Positions 9,209 through 18,392 of a DNA stretch of 64,000 bases are shown piece by piece. Both the position numbers and the translations under genes were made by a program. Within the stretch, counting starts at the first letter, position 1. Each line of letters starts with the position of its first letter. The notes below the pieces were generated by a model. It ran no database searches, was not told where the DNA came from, and saw only the letters and a list, made by a program, of their open reading frames with translations. The DNA is from an uncultured Iamiaceae bacterium (lineage in GTDB: Bacteria > Actinomycetota > Acidimicrobiia > Acidimicrobiales > Iamiaceae), in the NCBI GenBank assembly GCA_964621605.1, contig CAZUMJ010000005.1, forward strand, positions 7,331-71,330, written 5' to 3'.

Positions 9209-10213
9209 ATGCTCGACGAGCGAAAGGCAGCGATCCTCCGCGCGGTGGTCGAGGAGTACATCCAGACCGCCCAGCCCGTGGGTTCAGGGCATGTCGCTCG
9301 CTCTGAGCGTGTCGGCGTGTCCTCTGCGACGGTGCGAAACGACATGGCGGTGCTCGAGCAGGAGGGCTATCTCGCGCAGCCGCACACGAGCGCCGGGCGT
9401 ATCCCCACCGAGAAGGGGTACCGCTTCTTCGTCGACGAGCTGTCAGGCCCCGGCCAGCTCGACAGAGGCGCCACGCAACAGGTGCGTGACTTCTTCGACA
9501 CGACGCACGGCGAGCTCCAGCGGATGCTGCACGACACCACGTCGCTGCTGTCCGACCTCACGCAGTACGCGGCGGTGGTGGTGGGGCCGTCGCCCGAGTC
9601 CGTACCGGTGCGCTCCGTGCAGCTCGTGTCGCTCACGCCGTCAGTCGCATTGCTGGTCGTGGTGCTCGCGAACGGCACCGTCGAGAAGTGCACCGTCGAC
9701 CTTGCTGTCGACGCGGATGAGGTGGTGCTGGGGCGCGCTGCGAGCGTGCTCGGTGCGGCCCTCCTCGGGCAAGCCTTCGATGCGGCGGTCATGCCGCGCA
9801 CCTCGGGCGACGTCGAGGTCGACAGAGTCCTCGAACGCGTGGCGGCGGGCTGGGCCGCGATGTCGAGCACCGAGGCGCCAACTCCCGTGTACGTGGGCGG
9901 TGCCGCCCGCATGGCTGCGGCGTTCGACGCGGTCGAAACCGTCCGGCAGGTGCTCACGATCCTCGAGCAGCAGTTGGTTGTCGTGCGGCTCGTGCGCGAC
10001 GTGCTCGACCGTGGCTTGCAGGTCGCGATCGGGACCGAGACCGGTGTCGCGACCCTGGCCGATTGCTCCCTCGTCGTGGCCCCCTACGAGGTCGACGGCG
10101 AGGCGGTGGGGTCGATTGGCGTGCTCGGCCCGACCCGCATGAACTACCCGCAGGCACTCGCGGCGGTGGCGGTTGTGAGCCAACGCCTCGGCAGCCGATT
10201 GACCGAGGGCTGA
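9209..10213 (+). CDS. hrcA: Heat-inducible transcriptional repressor HrcA
   Basis: Internal ATG of track ORF 8855..10213. [69 protein letters not shown] is the canonical HrcA N-terminus. Confidence 0.95.
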   Translation: MLDERKAAILRAVVEEYIQTAQPVGSGHVARSERVGVSSATVRNDMAVLEQEGYLAQPHTSAGRIPTEKGYRFFVDELSGPGQLDRGATQQVRDFFDTTHGELQRMLHDTTSLLSDLTQYAAVVVGPSPESVPVRSVQLVSLTPSVALLVVVLANGTVEKCTVDLAVDADEVVLGRAASVLGAALLGQAFDAAVMPRTSGDVEVDRVLERVAAGWAAMSSTEAPTPVYVGGAARMAAAFDAVETVRQVLTILEQQLVVVRLVRDVLDRGLQVAIGTETGVATLADCSLVVAPYEVDGEAVGSIGVLGPTRMNYPQALAAVAVVSQRLGSRLTEG

Positions 10214-10214
10214 G

Positions 10215-11342
10215 ATGGCAGACGACTACTACGACTTGCTGGGGGTGTCGCGCCAGGCGACCGCCGACGAGATCAAGAAGGCGTATCGCCGCAAGGCGCG
10301 TGAGCTCCACCCCGATGTCAACCCCGACGCTGCGACCGAAGCCCGCTTCAAAGAGGTGGCGAACGCGTACGAGGTGCTGAGCGATCCCGACAAGCGGGCG
10401 CGCTACGACAGGTTCGGGCCCGATGGGGTGCGCGGCGGTGGTGGGGGCGGTGACCCGTTCGGGTTCGGTGGCGGCGGCTTCGGCGACATCTTCGACGCCT
10501 TCTTCGGCGGTGGTGGTGGCGGAGGCTTCGGCGGCGCGAGGCGCGCAGGGCCACCCGCTGGGGCCGACCTCGAGGTCACCGTCACGCTCCCCTTCGCGGA
10601 TGCCGTCTTCGGCGCCGAGGTGCCCGTCACGGTGCGCACCGCGGTGGTGTGCGACGTGTGCGAGGCCACGGGCGCGGCCCCTGGCAGCGAGGTGACGGCA
10701 TGCGGGCAATGCCAGGGCATGGGGCAGGTGCGCACCGTGCGCAACTCGATCCTCGGGCAGATGGTCACGACCGGCATCTGCCCGAGTTGCTCCGGTTGGG
10801 GACAGGTGATCCACACCCCATGCGAGGCGTGCAGCGGTGAAGGCCGACGCATCGAAGACCGCACCTACACCGTCGATGTCCCTGCCGGAGTCGACGTCGG
10901 CTCCACGCTTCGGCTGACCGATCTGGGTGCGATCGGCCCACGGGGTGGGCCACCGGGCGACCTGTACGTCCACCTCGATGTGCAGCCAGACGTGCGCTTC
11001 ACCCGGCACGGCGTCGACCTGCGCGGCGACCTTCACGTGCCGCTCACGCAGGCTGCGCTCGGCGCGACTGTCGTCTGCGAGACACTCGACGGCGAAGAGC
11101 AGGTCGAGCTCGCTCGGGGGACGCAGAGCGGCCACGAGGTGCGCTTCCGCGGGCATGGCGTGCCGCGCTTGCAGGGGCGCGGGCGTGGCGACCTGGTCGT
11201 CACGGTCCGCGTCGATGTTCCCGAGGGGCTCGATGCGGAGCAGGAGGAGCTGCTTCGCAAGCTCGCTGAGCTGCGTGGTGAGACGGTCGCGGAGGGTGGC
11301 AGCGGCTTGTTCTCCAAGGTGCGTTCGGCGTTCCGGTCGTGA
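10215..11342 (+). CDS. dnaJ: Molecular chaperone DnaJ
   Basis: J-domain [34 protein letters not shown], a G/F-rich linker and four CxxCxGxG zinc-finger repeats. Confidence 0.97.
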   Translation: MADDYYDLLGVSRQATADEIKKAYRRKARELHPDVNPDAATEARFKEVANAYEVLSDPDKRARYDRFGPDGVRGGGGGGDPFGFGGGGFGDIFDAFFGGGGGGGFGGARRAGPPAGADLEVTVTLPFADAVFGAEVPVTVRTAVVCDVCEATGAAPGSEVTACGQCQGMGQVRTVRNSILGQMVTTGICPSCSGWGQVIHTPCEACSGEGRRIEDRTYTVDVPAGVDVGSTLRLTDLGAIGPRGGPPGDLYVHLDVQPDVRFTRHGVDLRGDLHVPLTQAALGATVVCETLDGEEQVELARGTQSGHEVRFRGHGVPRLQGRGRGDLVVTVRVDVPEGLDAEQEELLRKLAELRGETVAEGGSGLFSKVRSAFRS

Positions 11343-11367
11343 CCCCTGCGTCGCGACGGCGTACCCG

Positions 11368-12057
11368 GTGAGCGCGGCGCCCGACGGCTCAGGTGGGCCG
11401 CACGTCTTCGTCGACGACATCGAGGCACCGGTCCTGGGCGCCGAAGATCGCCATCACCTCGCACGGGTGGTCCGCCTTCGTGCGGGAGACCCGATGACCG
11501 TGTCGGACGGGGTCGGTGGCTGGCGTCCGGGTCGTTTCGGAGATGAGCTCGAGGTGGTGGGCTCCGTGCAGCGGGTGGCGGCCCGCACTCCGTCGCTGAC
11601 GGTCGCGTTCGCGCTCGTCAAGGGTGGACGGCCCGAGTTGGTGGTGCAGAAGCTCACAGAGCTCGGTGTTGACGTGATCCGCCCGTTCGCGGCGGCGCGG
11701 TCTGTGGTGCGGTGGGACGACGCCAAAGCCGATCATCAGCTGCAGCGCTTGCGCCGGATCGCCCGTGAGGCATCGATGCAGTGTCGCCGCTGTCACCTGC
11801 CGACCGTTGAGCCCGTTGCTGCGTTCGCCGATGTGGCCGCGCTGCCCGGAGCCGTGCTGGCCAACCGATCGGGGCAGCCACCGACCTTGCAGCACCCCAC
11901 GATTCTGATCGGGCCGGAGGGGGGGTGGGAGGTGCACGAGCTCGCCGACCGCCCCACGGTCGCTCTCGGGCCGCACGTGCTTCGGGCCGAGACGGCAGCC
12001 ATCACTGCCGGGGCACTGCTCGCGGCGCTGCGCGATGGAGTGGTGCAGGAATCGTGA
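11368..12057 (+). CDS. rsmE: 16S rRNA (uracil1498-N3)-methyltransferase RsmE
   Basis: C-terminal part of track ORF 10927..12057. The first in-frame GTG after the dnaJ stop gives VSAAPDGSGGPHVFVDD... Also seen are LVKGGRPELVVQKLTELGV and ILIGPEGGW..E motifs. The exact start is uncertain. Confidence 0.85.
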   Translation: MSAAPDGSGGPHVFVDDIEAPVLGAEDRHHLARVVRLRAGDPMTVSDGVGGWRPGRFGDELEVVGSVQRVAARTPSLTVAFALVKGGRPELVVQKLTELGVDVIRPFAAARSVVRWDDAKADHQLQRLRRIAREASMQCRRCHLPTVEPVAAFADVAALPGAVLANRSGQPPTLQHPTILIGPEGGWEVHELADRPTVALGPHVLRAETAAITAGALLAALRDGVVQES

Positions 12058-13139
12058 ACGACGCACGCCTGGGGCTGTACCTCCACATTCCGTTCTGTCG
12101 GCACCGGTGCGACTACTGCGCCTTCGCCACGTGGACCGATCGTGGACACCTCGAGGCCCGCTACCTCGCTGCCTGCCGGGCGCACATCCGGCAAGCAACC
12201 GCAGATACCCGTCCCGTCACCTCCGTGTTCGTGGGAGGCGGGACTCCCTCGCTCGTCGATCCGGACGCCCTCGTCGACGTGCTCGCCGCGATCCCGCGGG
12301 CGGCCGGCGCGGAGGTGACGGTGGAGTGCAACCCCGATGACCTCGACGAGCGACGCGCCACCCTCTATGCGAACGGGGGTGTCACCCGCCTCTCGATCGG
12401 GGTGCAGTCGATGACGTCGCACGTCTTGGTGTCGCTCGGCCGCTCGCATGATCCGGCGAACGTGCGACGAGCCGTGAAGGCGGCCCGTCACGCCGGTCTG
12501 GAGGTCAACCTCGACCTGATCTACGGCGCCGTCGGGGAGTCGACCGACGATTGGCTGCACACCTTGACCGAAGCGGTCGACCTCGCCCCCGACCACATCA
12601 GCGCGTACGGCCTCACGGTCGAGCCGGGCACGCCGTTGGCTGCCGACCCGCCTCGTCACCCCGACGACGATGATCAGGCCGACAAGTACGTCCTCGCGAC
12701 AGAGCACCTCGCGTCTGCGGGGTACGAGTGGTACGAGATCTCGAACTGGTCGCGCCCCGGCCACGCCTGTCGCCACAACCTTCAGTACTGGTCGGGTGGT
12801 GAGTATCTTGCGATCGGCTCCGCAGCGCACGGGCATGTAGGCGGTCGTCGCTATTGGAACGTCTGGACACCCGACCGCTACGTGTCCGCGATCGAGGGCG
12901 GGTCGTCGCCCGAGGCCGGCTCGGAGGAGCTCGAGCCCGATGCGCGTCGTGTCGAGCTCGCACAGCTGGCGCTGCGCACGATGCAAGGCGTGCCGCTCGA
13001 TGCCTTCGACGAAGCGGACCTCCGCGGCGTGCTGCGCGACCTGCTCACGGTCTGGCAGACGCCGGAGGGCGAGGACCGCCTTGTGCTCACCCAACGAGGG
13101 CGGCTGCTCGCGAACGAGGTAGCGCTGCGGCTCCGTTGA
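12054..13139 (+). CDS. hemW: Radical SAM heme chaperone HemW (HemN-like, oxygen-independent coproporphyrinogen oxidase family)
   Basis: The GTG overlaps the rsmE stop (GTGA). LGLYLHIPFCRHRCDYCAF is the CxxxCxxC radical SAM motif, followed by VFVGGGTPS. Confidence 0.9.
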   Translation: MNDARLGLYLHIPFCRHRCDYCAFATWTDRGHLEARYLAACRAHIRQATADTRPVTSVFVGGGTPSLVDPDALVDVLAAIPRAAGAEVTVECNPDDLDERRATLYANGGVTRLSIGVQSMTSHVLVSLGRSHDPANVRRAVKAARHAGLEVNLDLIYGAVGESTDDWLHTLTEAVDLAPDHISAYGLTVEPGTPLAADPPRHPDDDDQADKYVLATEHLASAGYEWYEISNWSRPGHACRHNLQYWSGGEYLAIGSAAHGHVGGRRYWNVWTPDRYVSAIEGGSSPEAGSEELEPDARRVELAQLALRTMQGVPLDAFDEADLRGVLRDLLTVWQTPEGEDRLVLTQRGRLLANEVALRLR

Positions 13140-13193
13140 CGGAGCGGCCGATGCGATTCGACAACACCGCGCACAGCCCTGCACGCTTCTGCG

Positions 13194-14636
13194 ATGTCTG
13201 CGCAGCCGCCGGGGTCGGCACACGACCTGATTGAGGAATGGGACCAGGACCTGCGTTCGGCTGACCCGCTCGGGTTCCCCGACTACGCAGCCAAGGTTGC
13301 GTCCTTGGAGCACCAGGGTGGGGTTGCAACGGGGCATGGTCCCGCGTTCGAGTCGGTGCGAACCGGACGGACATCGGCGTACGTGCTGATAGAGAACAAC
13401 TTCGAGGTCTTCGGCGGTTCGATGGGTGCGGTGCACGGCGAGCGCGTGGTGCGCGCGTTCCGACGGGCAACCGACCTTCGCCTTCCCGTCGTGGTGCTGA
13501 CGCGCAGCGGCGGTGCCCGCATGCAGGAAGGCATGCTCTCGCTGATCCAGATGGCGCGCACGGCTGCGGCGCAACGCGCACACGCGGACGCCGGGTTGCT
13601 GTCGGTCGCCGTCTTCCGATCGCCAACCACCGGTGGGGTCTTCGCGTCATATGGGTCGCTCTGCGACCTCCGAGCGGTCGAAGAGGGTGCGGTGATCGGG
13701 TTTGCCGGGCCCCGCGTGGCAGCGGAGGTGACCGGCGTCGAGGTGGGGGAGCGCTCGCATCGGGCGGAGCGTGCGTTCGAGGCGGGTCTTGTCGACGCGC
13801 TCCTGCCGCCCGGAGCGTGGACGTCATGGGTCGACGCGGCGCTCGGCATGGCATCGACGCCCCTGCTGCGCAGTGCGCCCGCGGCCGAACCGGAGGTCCG
13901 CGGCGTCGAGCCGAGTCCGTCCGATGGGTCTGCGTGGGCAGAGGTGTGCGCCGCCCGCGGGGTCGGTCGACCGACGGGGATCGACATCGCGGCGAAGCTG
14001 TGCTCGTCGTGGACCGAGCTGCGTGGGACGGATCCCGTCACGCGGGCGGCGTTGGCGACGGTCGATGGCCGCCGCGTCGTGGTGGTCGCGCACGATCGCT
14101 TTGCCGGGACGGGTCGCCCCACCCCGGCGGGCTTTCGGCTTGCACAGCGCGCGGTCGCGCTCGCCGGACGCCTGGGGTTGCCCCTCGTGAGCCTCATCGA
14201 CACCCCCGGAGCGGAGCCCGGCTGGGAGGCGGAGCAAGACGGCGTGGCGGGTGAGATCGCTCGAACGTTCGCGGCGTACGCAGCGGTTCCGACTCCGACG
14301 GTGGCCGTGTGCGTCGGGGAGGGCGGCAGCGGTGGGGCCCTGGCACTCGGCGCCGCGGACGTCTTTCTGATCCAGCAGCACGCGGTGTTCTCGGTGATCG
14401 GCCCTGAAGGTGCGGCCGCAATTCTCGAGCGTGATGGCTCCAAGGCACCGGTGCTTGCGGAACGCTTGCGGCTCACGAGCGACGCGCTGCTCGCCTTGGG
14501 GGTGGTCGACGGTGTCGTGCCCGACGACGTCGACGCCACGACCGGGCGCATCCGCGATGCGCTGCGACGGGCGGTCCCCGGGGCGCGTGCTTCTCGCCTC
14601 GACGCGGCGACGTTGCGTGCCGTTCGCCAGGTGTGA
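13194..14636 (+). CDS. Fused carboxyltransferase (AccD-like beta plus AccA-like alpha halves) of an acyl/acetyl-CoA carboxylase
   Basis: The N-terminal half has FGGSMGAVHGERV..RSGGARMQEG (beta-type). The C-terminal half has LIDTPGAEPGWEAEQDGVAGEIA..VGEGGSGGALALG (alpha-type). The N-terminus has no Cys zinc-ribbon. Confidence 0.8.
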   Translation: MSAQPPGSAHDLIEEWDQDLRSADPLGFPDYAAKVASLEHQGGVATGHGPAFESVRTGRTSAYVLIENNFEVFGGSMGAVHGERVVRAFRRATDLRLPVVVLTRSGGARMQEGMLSLIQMARTAAAQRAHADAGLLSVAVFRSPTTGGVFASYGSLCDLRAVEEGAVIGFAGPRVAAEVTGVEVGERSHRAERAFEAGLVDALLPPGAWTSWVDAALGMASTPLLRSAPAAEPEVRGVEPSPSDGSAWAEVCAARGVGRPTGIDIAAKLCSSWTELRGTDPVTRAALATVDGRRVVVVAHDRFAGTGRPTPAGFRLAQRAVALAGRLGLPLVSLIDTPGAEPGWEAEQDGVAGEIARTFAAYAAVPTPTVAVCVGEGGSGGALALGAADVFLIQQHAVFSVIGPEGAAAILERDGSKAPVLAERLRLTSDALLALGVVDGVVPDDVDATTGRIRDALRRAVPGARASRLDAATLRAVRQV

Positions 14637-14727
14637 CAGAGCCGTGAGGCGCCGCCGTCGAGCGCGGCGAGCCGGGGCTGACCGCGCGGAGCAGCACCGC
14701 TGCCGACAGACCTGCGAGGCTTGAGAC

Positions 14728-15660
14728 ATGCAGCCCATGCCGACTTCTGGGAGTCCTTCGACCAAGCCGCCCTCGCTTGCGCCGGGGATCGTGCTGCTGG
14801 TGGTGGGGTTCCTGGTCGGCGTTGTGGGAGCGGTGCAGCTGTTCGTCCCCGTGGTGCAGAACGTGACAAACACAAAGGTGATGGACGTGCCGGGAACTGC
14901 CCAGCTCGACCTGAAGGCCGGGTGGCATGGACTCTTCGTCCAGCAGGTCGACGGGGTCGGACTCGTGGCGCTGAGTCCGGATCAGGTTGACGTGCAGGAC
15001 GTCGACGGCCTTCCACTCGTGGTGCGTTGGGCGGGCACCCGTGAGCAGCGCACGTTCGGGGCGCGTACTTGGCAGAAGCAGCTCGAGTTCGATGTGCCGC
15101 ACGCGGGGCGGTACATGGTTCGGATCAGCACCGCCAGCGAGGTTCGTGGCGAGGTGCTCGTCGCTCGGTCGATCACGTCCTCGGTTCATGCCGTCTGGGC
15201 TCTGGTGATGCTGTTGGGGGGCCTTCTCGTCGTGGTCGGGTTCATCGTGGTGGTGGTGGCGATGGTGCGACGCAGCCGGTCCGCGCCCCTGCCGCCGTTC
15301 CCGCCGTACGGGTACGGGCAGCCCGGGTCCGGGCGACCCGCCTACGCGCCGTTTGGTTCCGGGGCACCGGGGTATGCGGTGCCCGGTTACGCGCCGCCTG
15401 GCTACCCGCCGCCCGGGTACCCACCGGCTGGCTACGCGCCACCCGGGTACCCACCGGCTGGCTACGCGCCACCCGGGTACCCGCCACCCGGGTACCCGCC
15501 ACCCGGGTACCCGCCACCCGGGTACCCGCCAGCTGGCTACGCGCCACCCGGCTCTGCGCCATCCGCCTACCCGCCGCCGGCGGACCACCAGCCGGGGTAC
15601 GCGCCCCCGCCTGCCCCTCCAACTCCTCAGCCGGATTCGCCCATCCAGCCCGAGACGTAG
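14728..15660 (+). CDS. Two-TM membrane protein with a Pro/Gly/Tyr-rich repetitive cytoplasmic tail
   Basis: TM1 is GIVLLVVGFLVGVVGAVQLFV. A beta-rich middle domain of about 120 aa follows, then TM2 WALVMLLGGLLVVVGFIVVVVAMV. The tail is (P/A)GY(P/A)PPGYPP repeats. I recognise no family. Confidence 0.6.
   Translation: MQPMPTSGSPSTKPPSLAPGIVLLVVGFLVGVVGAVQLFVPVVQNVTNTKVMDVPGTAQLDLKAGWHGLFVQQVDGVGLVALSPDQVDVQDVDGLPLVVRWAGTREQRTFGARTWQKQLEFDVPHAGRYMVRISTASEVRGEVLVARSITSSVHAVWALVMLLGGLLVVVGFIVVVVAMVRRSRSAPLPPFPPYGYGQPGSGRPAYAPFGSGAPGYAVPGYAPPGYPPPGYPPAGYAPPGYPPAGYAPPGYPPPGYPPPGYPPPGYPPAGYAPPGSAPSAYPPPADHQPGYAPPPAPPTPQPDSPIQPET
15421..15525 (+). repeat. Perfect in-frame tandem repeats inside the CDS: 2 x 30 nt followed by 3 x 15 nt
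   Basis: ccaccggctggctacgcgccacccgggtac occurs at 15421-15450 and identically at 15451-15480. ccgccacccgggtac occurs at 15481, 15496 and 15511. Degenerate copies extend to about 15366-15552. Confidence 0.9.
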
Positions 15661-15794
15661 GCGGTCACACGTCACATTTATACGACCGTTCTGCACACGT
15701 TCCGGACGCCCAGAGGCACGGAGGGTCGTTGCACGCTGTGGGGAACACGCTCGGTCAACATGAAAGACCTTCAGACGAGGTGTAGCGTGCCGTC

Positions 15795-16034
15795 ATGGCA
15801 ACTCCTGAGCTGCGGTGGCTGAGCACCGCCGAGGCGGCGAAGCGGCTCGGCATCACCCCGCGCACGCTGTACCGCTTCATCGATGAGGGGCAGCTCGCTG
15901 CCTATCGATTCGGTCGCGTCATCCGACTCAAGCAGAACGAGGTCGACGACTTCATCGAGTCCTGCCGCATCGAGCCGGGCACGCTCGAGCATCTCTACCC
16001 TGAGCCGGTGCACGGCAGTACCTCCGACGGCTGA
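15795..16034 (+). CDS. Small helix-turn-helix DNA-binding protein (excisionase/MerR-like HTH_17 type)
   Basis: WLSTAEAAKRLGITPRTLYRFIDEGQLAAYRFGRVIRLKQNEVDDFIE is the classic excisionase-family HTH. It is preceded by a lower-GC 134-nt intergenic region. Confidence 0.75.
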   Translation: MATPELRWLSTAEAAKRLGITPRTLYRFIDEGQLAAYRFGRVIRLKQNEVDDFIESCRIEPGTLEHLYPEPVHGSTSDG

Positions 16035-16048
16035 GCGACGTCGCACCC

Positions 16049-16579
16049 ATGGCTGGACAACGCCTTGTCGTGCCGGTTGTCGATCTCCTTCGTCAGCCCG
16101 GTTCTCGGCGGCATGTGCAGGAGTCGACAGAGATCGATCCGATCGTCTTGTCGAGCGCACACGTCGATGCCTCAGCCACGGTCGAGCTCGATCTGTGGCT
16201 CGAGGCACAGGGCCAAGGCGTGATCGTGTCGGGCGTCGTTCGTGCTCCATGGGCCGGGGCTTGTCGCCGCTGCCTTGAGCCCACGACCGGCATCGTCGAG
16301 GCTCGTGTGCACGAAGTCTTCTCGCGAGCGTCCAACGACGGCGAGACGTGGCCGCTCGATGTCGACCGAGTCGACCTGGGGCCTGTCGTGCACGAAGCCG
16401 TAGCCCTGGCGCTCCCGCTCGCGCCGTTGTGCGACGTCGATTGCCAGGGTCCCGATCCCGAGCGGTTCCCGGCGCATGCCGCGCCGAGCGACCCCTCCGT
16501 CGACGAGGCTGAGGAGAGCAGTTCGGAGCCACCACGTGATCCCCGGTGGGCGGCGCTCGACGAGCTGCGATTCGACTGA
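16049..16579 (+). CDS. yceD: YceD/DUF177 family protein (large-subunit rRNA accumulation protein)
   Basis: Lies immediately upstream of rpmF, as in most bacteria. Carries the CRRCLEP motif, an acidic tail and a DPRWAALDEL ending. Confidence 0.85.
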   Translation: MAGQRLVVPVVDLLRQPGSRRHVQESTEIDPIVLSSAHVDASATVELDLWLEAQGQGVIVSGVVRAPWAGACRRCLEPTTGIVEARVHEVFSRASNDGETWPLDVDRVDLGPVVHEAVALALPLAPLCDVDCQGPDPERFPAHAAPSDPSVDEAEESSSEPPRDPRWAALDELRFD

Positions 16580-16758
16580 CGGCGCAGGGCCTCTTGCGTC
16601 GACGGCGCACGGCGCCCTCGGCGGTTTCTGCCAGTGCGTGGGGGTGCGAAGCGGGTTCTGTCCCGCCGGCTTCGCCTGAGATGGGGCGGCGAGGCTAACC
16701 TCGTCGTTCCGTGTCCGCCGGGCTGTGCCCGGCTCCGTCGATCCCCAGGTAGCCCGCC

Positions 16759-16938
16759 ATGGCCGTTCCCAAGAAGAAGACCTCCAAGGCGAAGAGCCGC
16801 AGCCGCCGCTCCTCCGCCTGGCATCTGTCGATCCCGGCGCGCAGCGTGTGCCCGCGGTGCGGCTCCACGAAGACCCCGCACGTGGTCTGTGGGAACTGCG
16901 GGTGGTACGGCGGCCGCCAGGCCATCGACGTCGACTGA
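16759..16938 (+). CDS. rpmF: 50S ribosomal protein L32
   Basis: Not in the ORF track (59 aa). My translation is MAVPKKKTSKAKSRSRRSSAWHLSIPARSVCPRCGSTKTPHVVCGNCGWYGGRQAIDVD. It has the canonical MAVPKKKTS start and a CxxC..CxxC zinc ribbon. Confidence 0.93.
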   Translation: MAVPKKKTSKAKSRSRRSSAWHLSIPARSVCPRCGSTKTPHVVCGNCGWYGGRQAIDVD

Positions 16939-16948
16939 TCTGCCGCAC

Positions 16949-17956
16949 GTGAGCGACGCCGCTCGGCTGCCCATCGCGGTAGACGCGATGGGGGGCGACA
17001 AGGCCCCCGCGGAAATCGTGGCGGGCGCACGGCAGGCATGCGAGGAGCTCGGGGTACCGGTCGTGCTCGTCGGCCGCTCGAACGAGCTCGGTGATGTCGG
17101 CGGCCTTCCGGTCATCGAGGCGTCAGAGGTGATCGCGATGGACGCCGACCCTGGGTCGAGCGTCCGGCGCATGAAGGACTCGTCGCTGGTGCGAGCCGCT
17201 GAGGCGGTGCGCGACGGACACGCCGCGGCCATGGTCAGCGCTGGCAACACGGGAGCCACGATGGCGAGTGCCCTCCTTCGCATGGGCCGCATCAAGGGCG
17301 TCGCTCGTCCCGCCATCGCGACGCCGATTCCGTGTCTCGACGGGCCCACCCCGACCGTGCTCCTCGACGCGGGCGCGAACGCGGAATGCCAGCCCGAGTG
17401 GCTCGTGCAGTTCGCGCAGATGGGCGCCGAGTTCGCTCGCCGTCGCTACGACATCGCTGCACCTCGGGTCGGGTTGCTGTCGATCGGCGAAGAGCCGACG
17501 AAGGGCAACTCGCTCGTCAAGGAGACGCACGCGCTGCTTGCAGACGGTGCCTGGGTCGGTTCGACCGGCGCGACCTTCGTCGGCAACGTGGAAGGCCGCG
17601 ACGTGATGGGCGCAGATCTCGACGTCGTGGTCACCGACGGCTTCACCGGCAACGTGGTGCTCAAGACCCTCGAGGGCGGCATGCGCGCGTTGGTGGGCGC
17701 CATCCTGGCTTCGTTCGGGTCTTCTCCTGAGGCGCAGCAGGCTTCAGAGGTGTTGCTGCCGGCGTTGCTCCCCCTGTACGGACGCCTCGATCCCGACAGC
17801 ACCGGTGGAGCGATGCTGCTCGGTGTGGACGGTGTCTGCATCATCAGCCACGGTTCGTCGTCCGCGCGAGCGATCGTCAATGCCGTGAAGGTCGCGGACG
17901 AGATGGTGCGGGCCGAGCTGGTCGATGCGCTCGCCGCCGCAACGCGCGCAGCGTGA
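16949..17956 (+). CDS. plsX: Phosphate acyltransferase PlsX
   Basis: In-frame GTG 11 nt after the rpmF stop, within track ORF 16634..17956. Motifs seen are VSDAARLPIAVDAMGGDKAP, GNTGA and DGFTGNVVLKTLEG. Confidence 0.93.
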   Translation: MSDAARLPIAVDAMGGDKAPAEIVAGARQACEELGVPVVLVGRSNELGDVGGLPVIEASEVIAMDADPGSSVRRMKDSSLVRAAEAVRDGHAAAMVSAGNTGATMASALLRMGRIKGVARPAIATPIPCLDGPTPTVLLDAGANAECQPEWLVQFAQMGAEFARRRYDIAAPRVGLLSIGEEPTKGNSLVKETHALLADGAWVGSTGATFVGNVEGRDVMGADLDVVVTDGFTGNVVLKTLEGGMRALVGAILASFGSSPEAQQASEVLLPALLPLYGRLDPDSTGGAMLLGVDGVCIISHGSSSARAIVNAVKVADEMVRAELVDALAAATRAA

Positions 17957-18075
17957 GGCAAGCCACACCACACGAGTCTTCACAAGCGCACAATCTTGGG
18001 CGCCGGTAGACTCTCTCGTTTGCAAGCGCCTCGTCATGGCGCCGCATCGATTCCCGTCCTACACAGGAGAGCACC

Positions 18076-18369
18076 GTGTCTGCAGAGCCCGACGTCGACC
18101 GAGGCCCGATGAGCCGAACCGAGGTGTTCGAGCTGATTCGCGACCGCTTGGCCGACATCCTCGAGATCGACCCCGGTTCGATCGCGGAGGGCAGTTCGTT
18201 CGCCGACGACCTCGATGCCGATTCGCTCGCGCTGATCGAGCTGGTCGAGGCCCTCGAGGAAGAGCTCAGCGAGCGCGCGCCCGACTTCCGGATCGATGAC
18301 GAAGACCTCGAAGACCTCAAGAGCGTGCGCGACGCCGTCGACTACGTGCACCGCCGCATGGAGAGCTGA
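18076..18369 (+). CDS. acpP: Acyl carrier protein
   Basis: DLDADSLALIELVEALEEEL contains the phosphopantetheine Ser in a DSL motif. AGGAGA lies 5 nt upstream of the GTG at 18076. Confidence 0.85.
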   Translation: MSAEPDVDRGPMSRTEVFELIRDRLADILEIDPGSIAEGSSFADDLDADSLALIELVEALEEELSERAPDFRIDDEDLEDLKSVRDAVDYVHRRMES

Positions 18370-18392
18370 TCACCGCACAGGCCCGTTCCGAT

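Noticed and set aside
9954-15016. Long minus-strand ORFs (9954..11420, 11793..13583, 13283..15016) opposite dnaJ, rsmE, hemW and the carboxyltransferase
   Set aside because: Same antisense artefact. The sequences are low-complexity R/A/G/P-rich and overlap well-supported genes.
15421-15525. Possible CRISPR-like array because of perfect short direct repeats
   Set aside because: The repeats are contiguous with no spacers. Their lengths are multiples of 3 nt and they are in frame inside a CDS. No cas genes are present anywhere in the window.
14473-15696. 407-aa minus-strand ORF with striking WRVPG/WRVAS repeats
   Set aside because: It is the antisense mirror of the PGYPP tandem repeats. The composition is Arg/Trp/Gly-rich and off-frame-like, whereas the plus-strand frame has TM helices and coding bias.
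15795-16034. Excisionase-family HTH as a prophage or ICE remnant
   Set aside because: There is no integrase, tRNA target or phage gene nearby. It sits in a conserved yceD-rpmF-plsX neighbourhood and is more likely a small chromosomal regulator.
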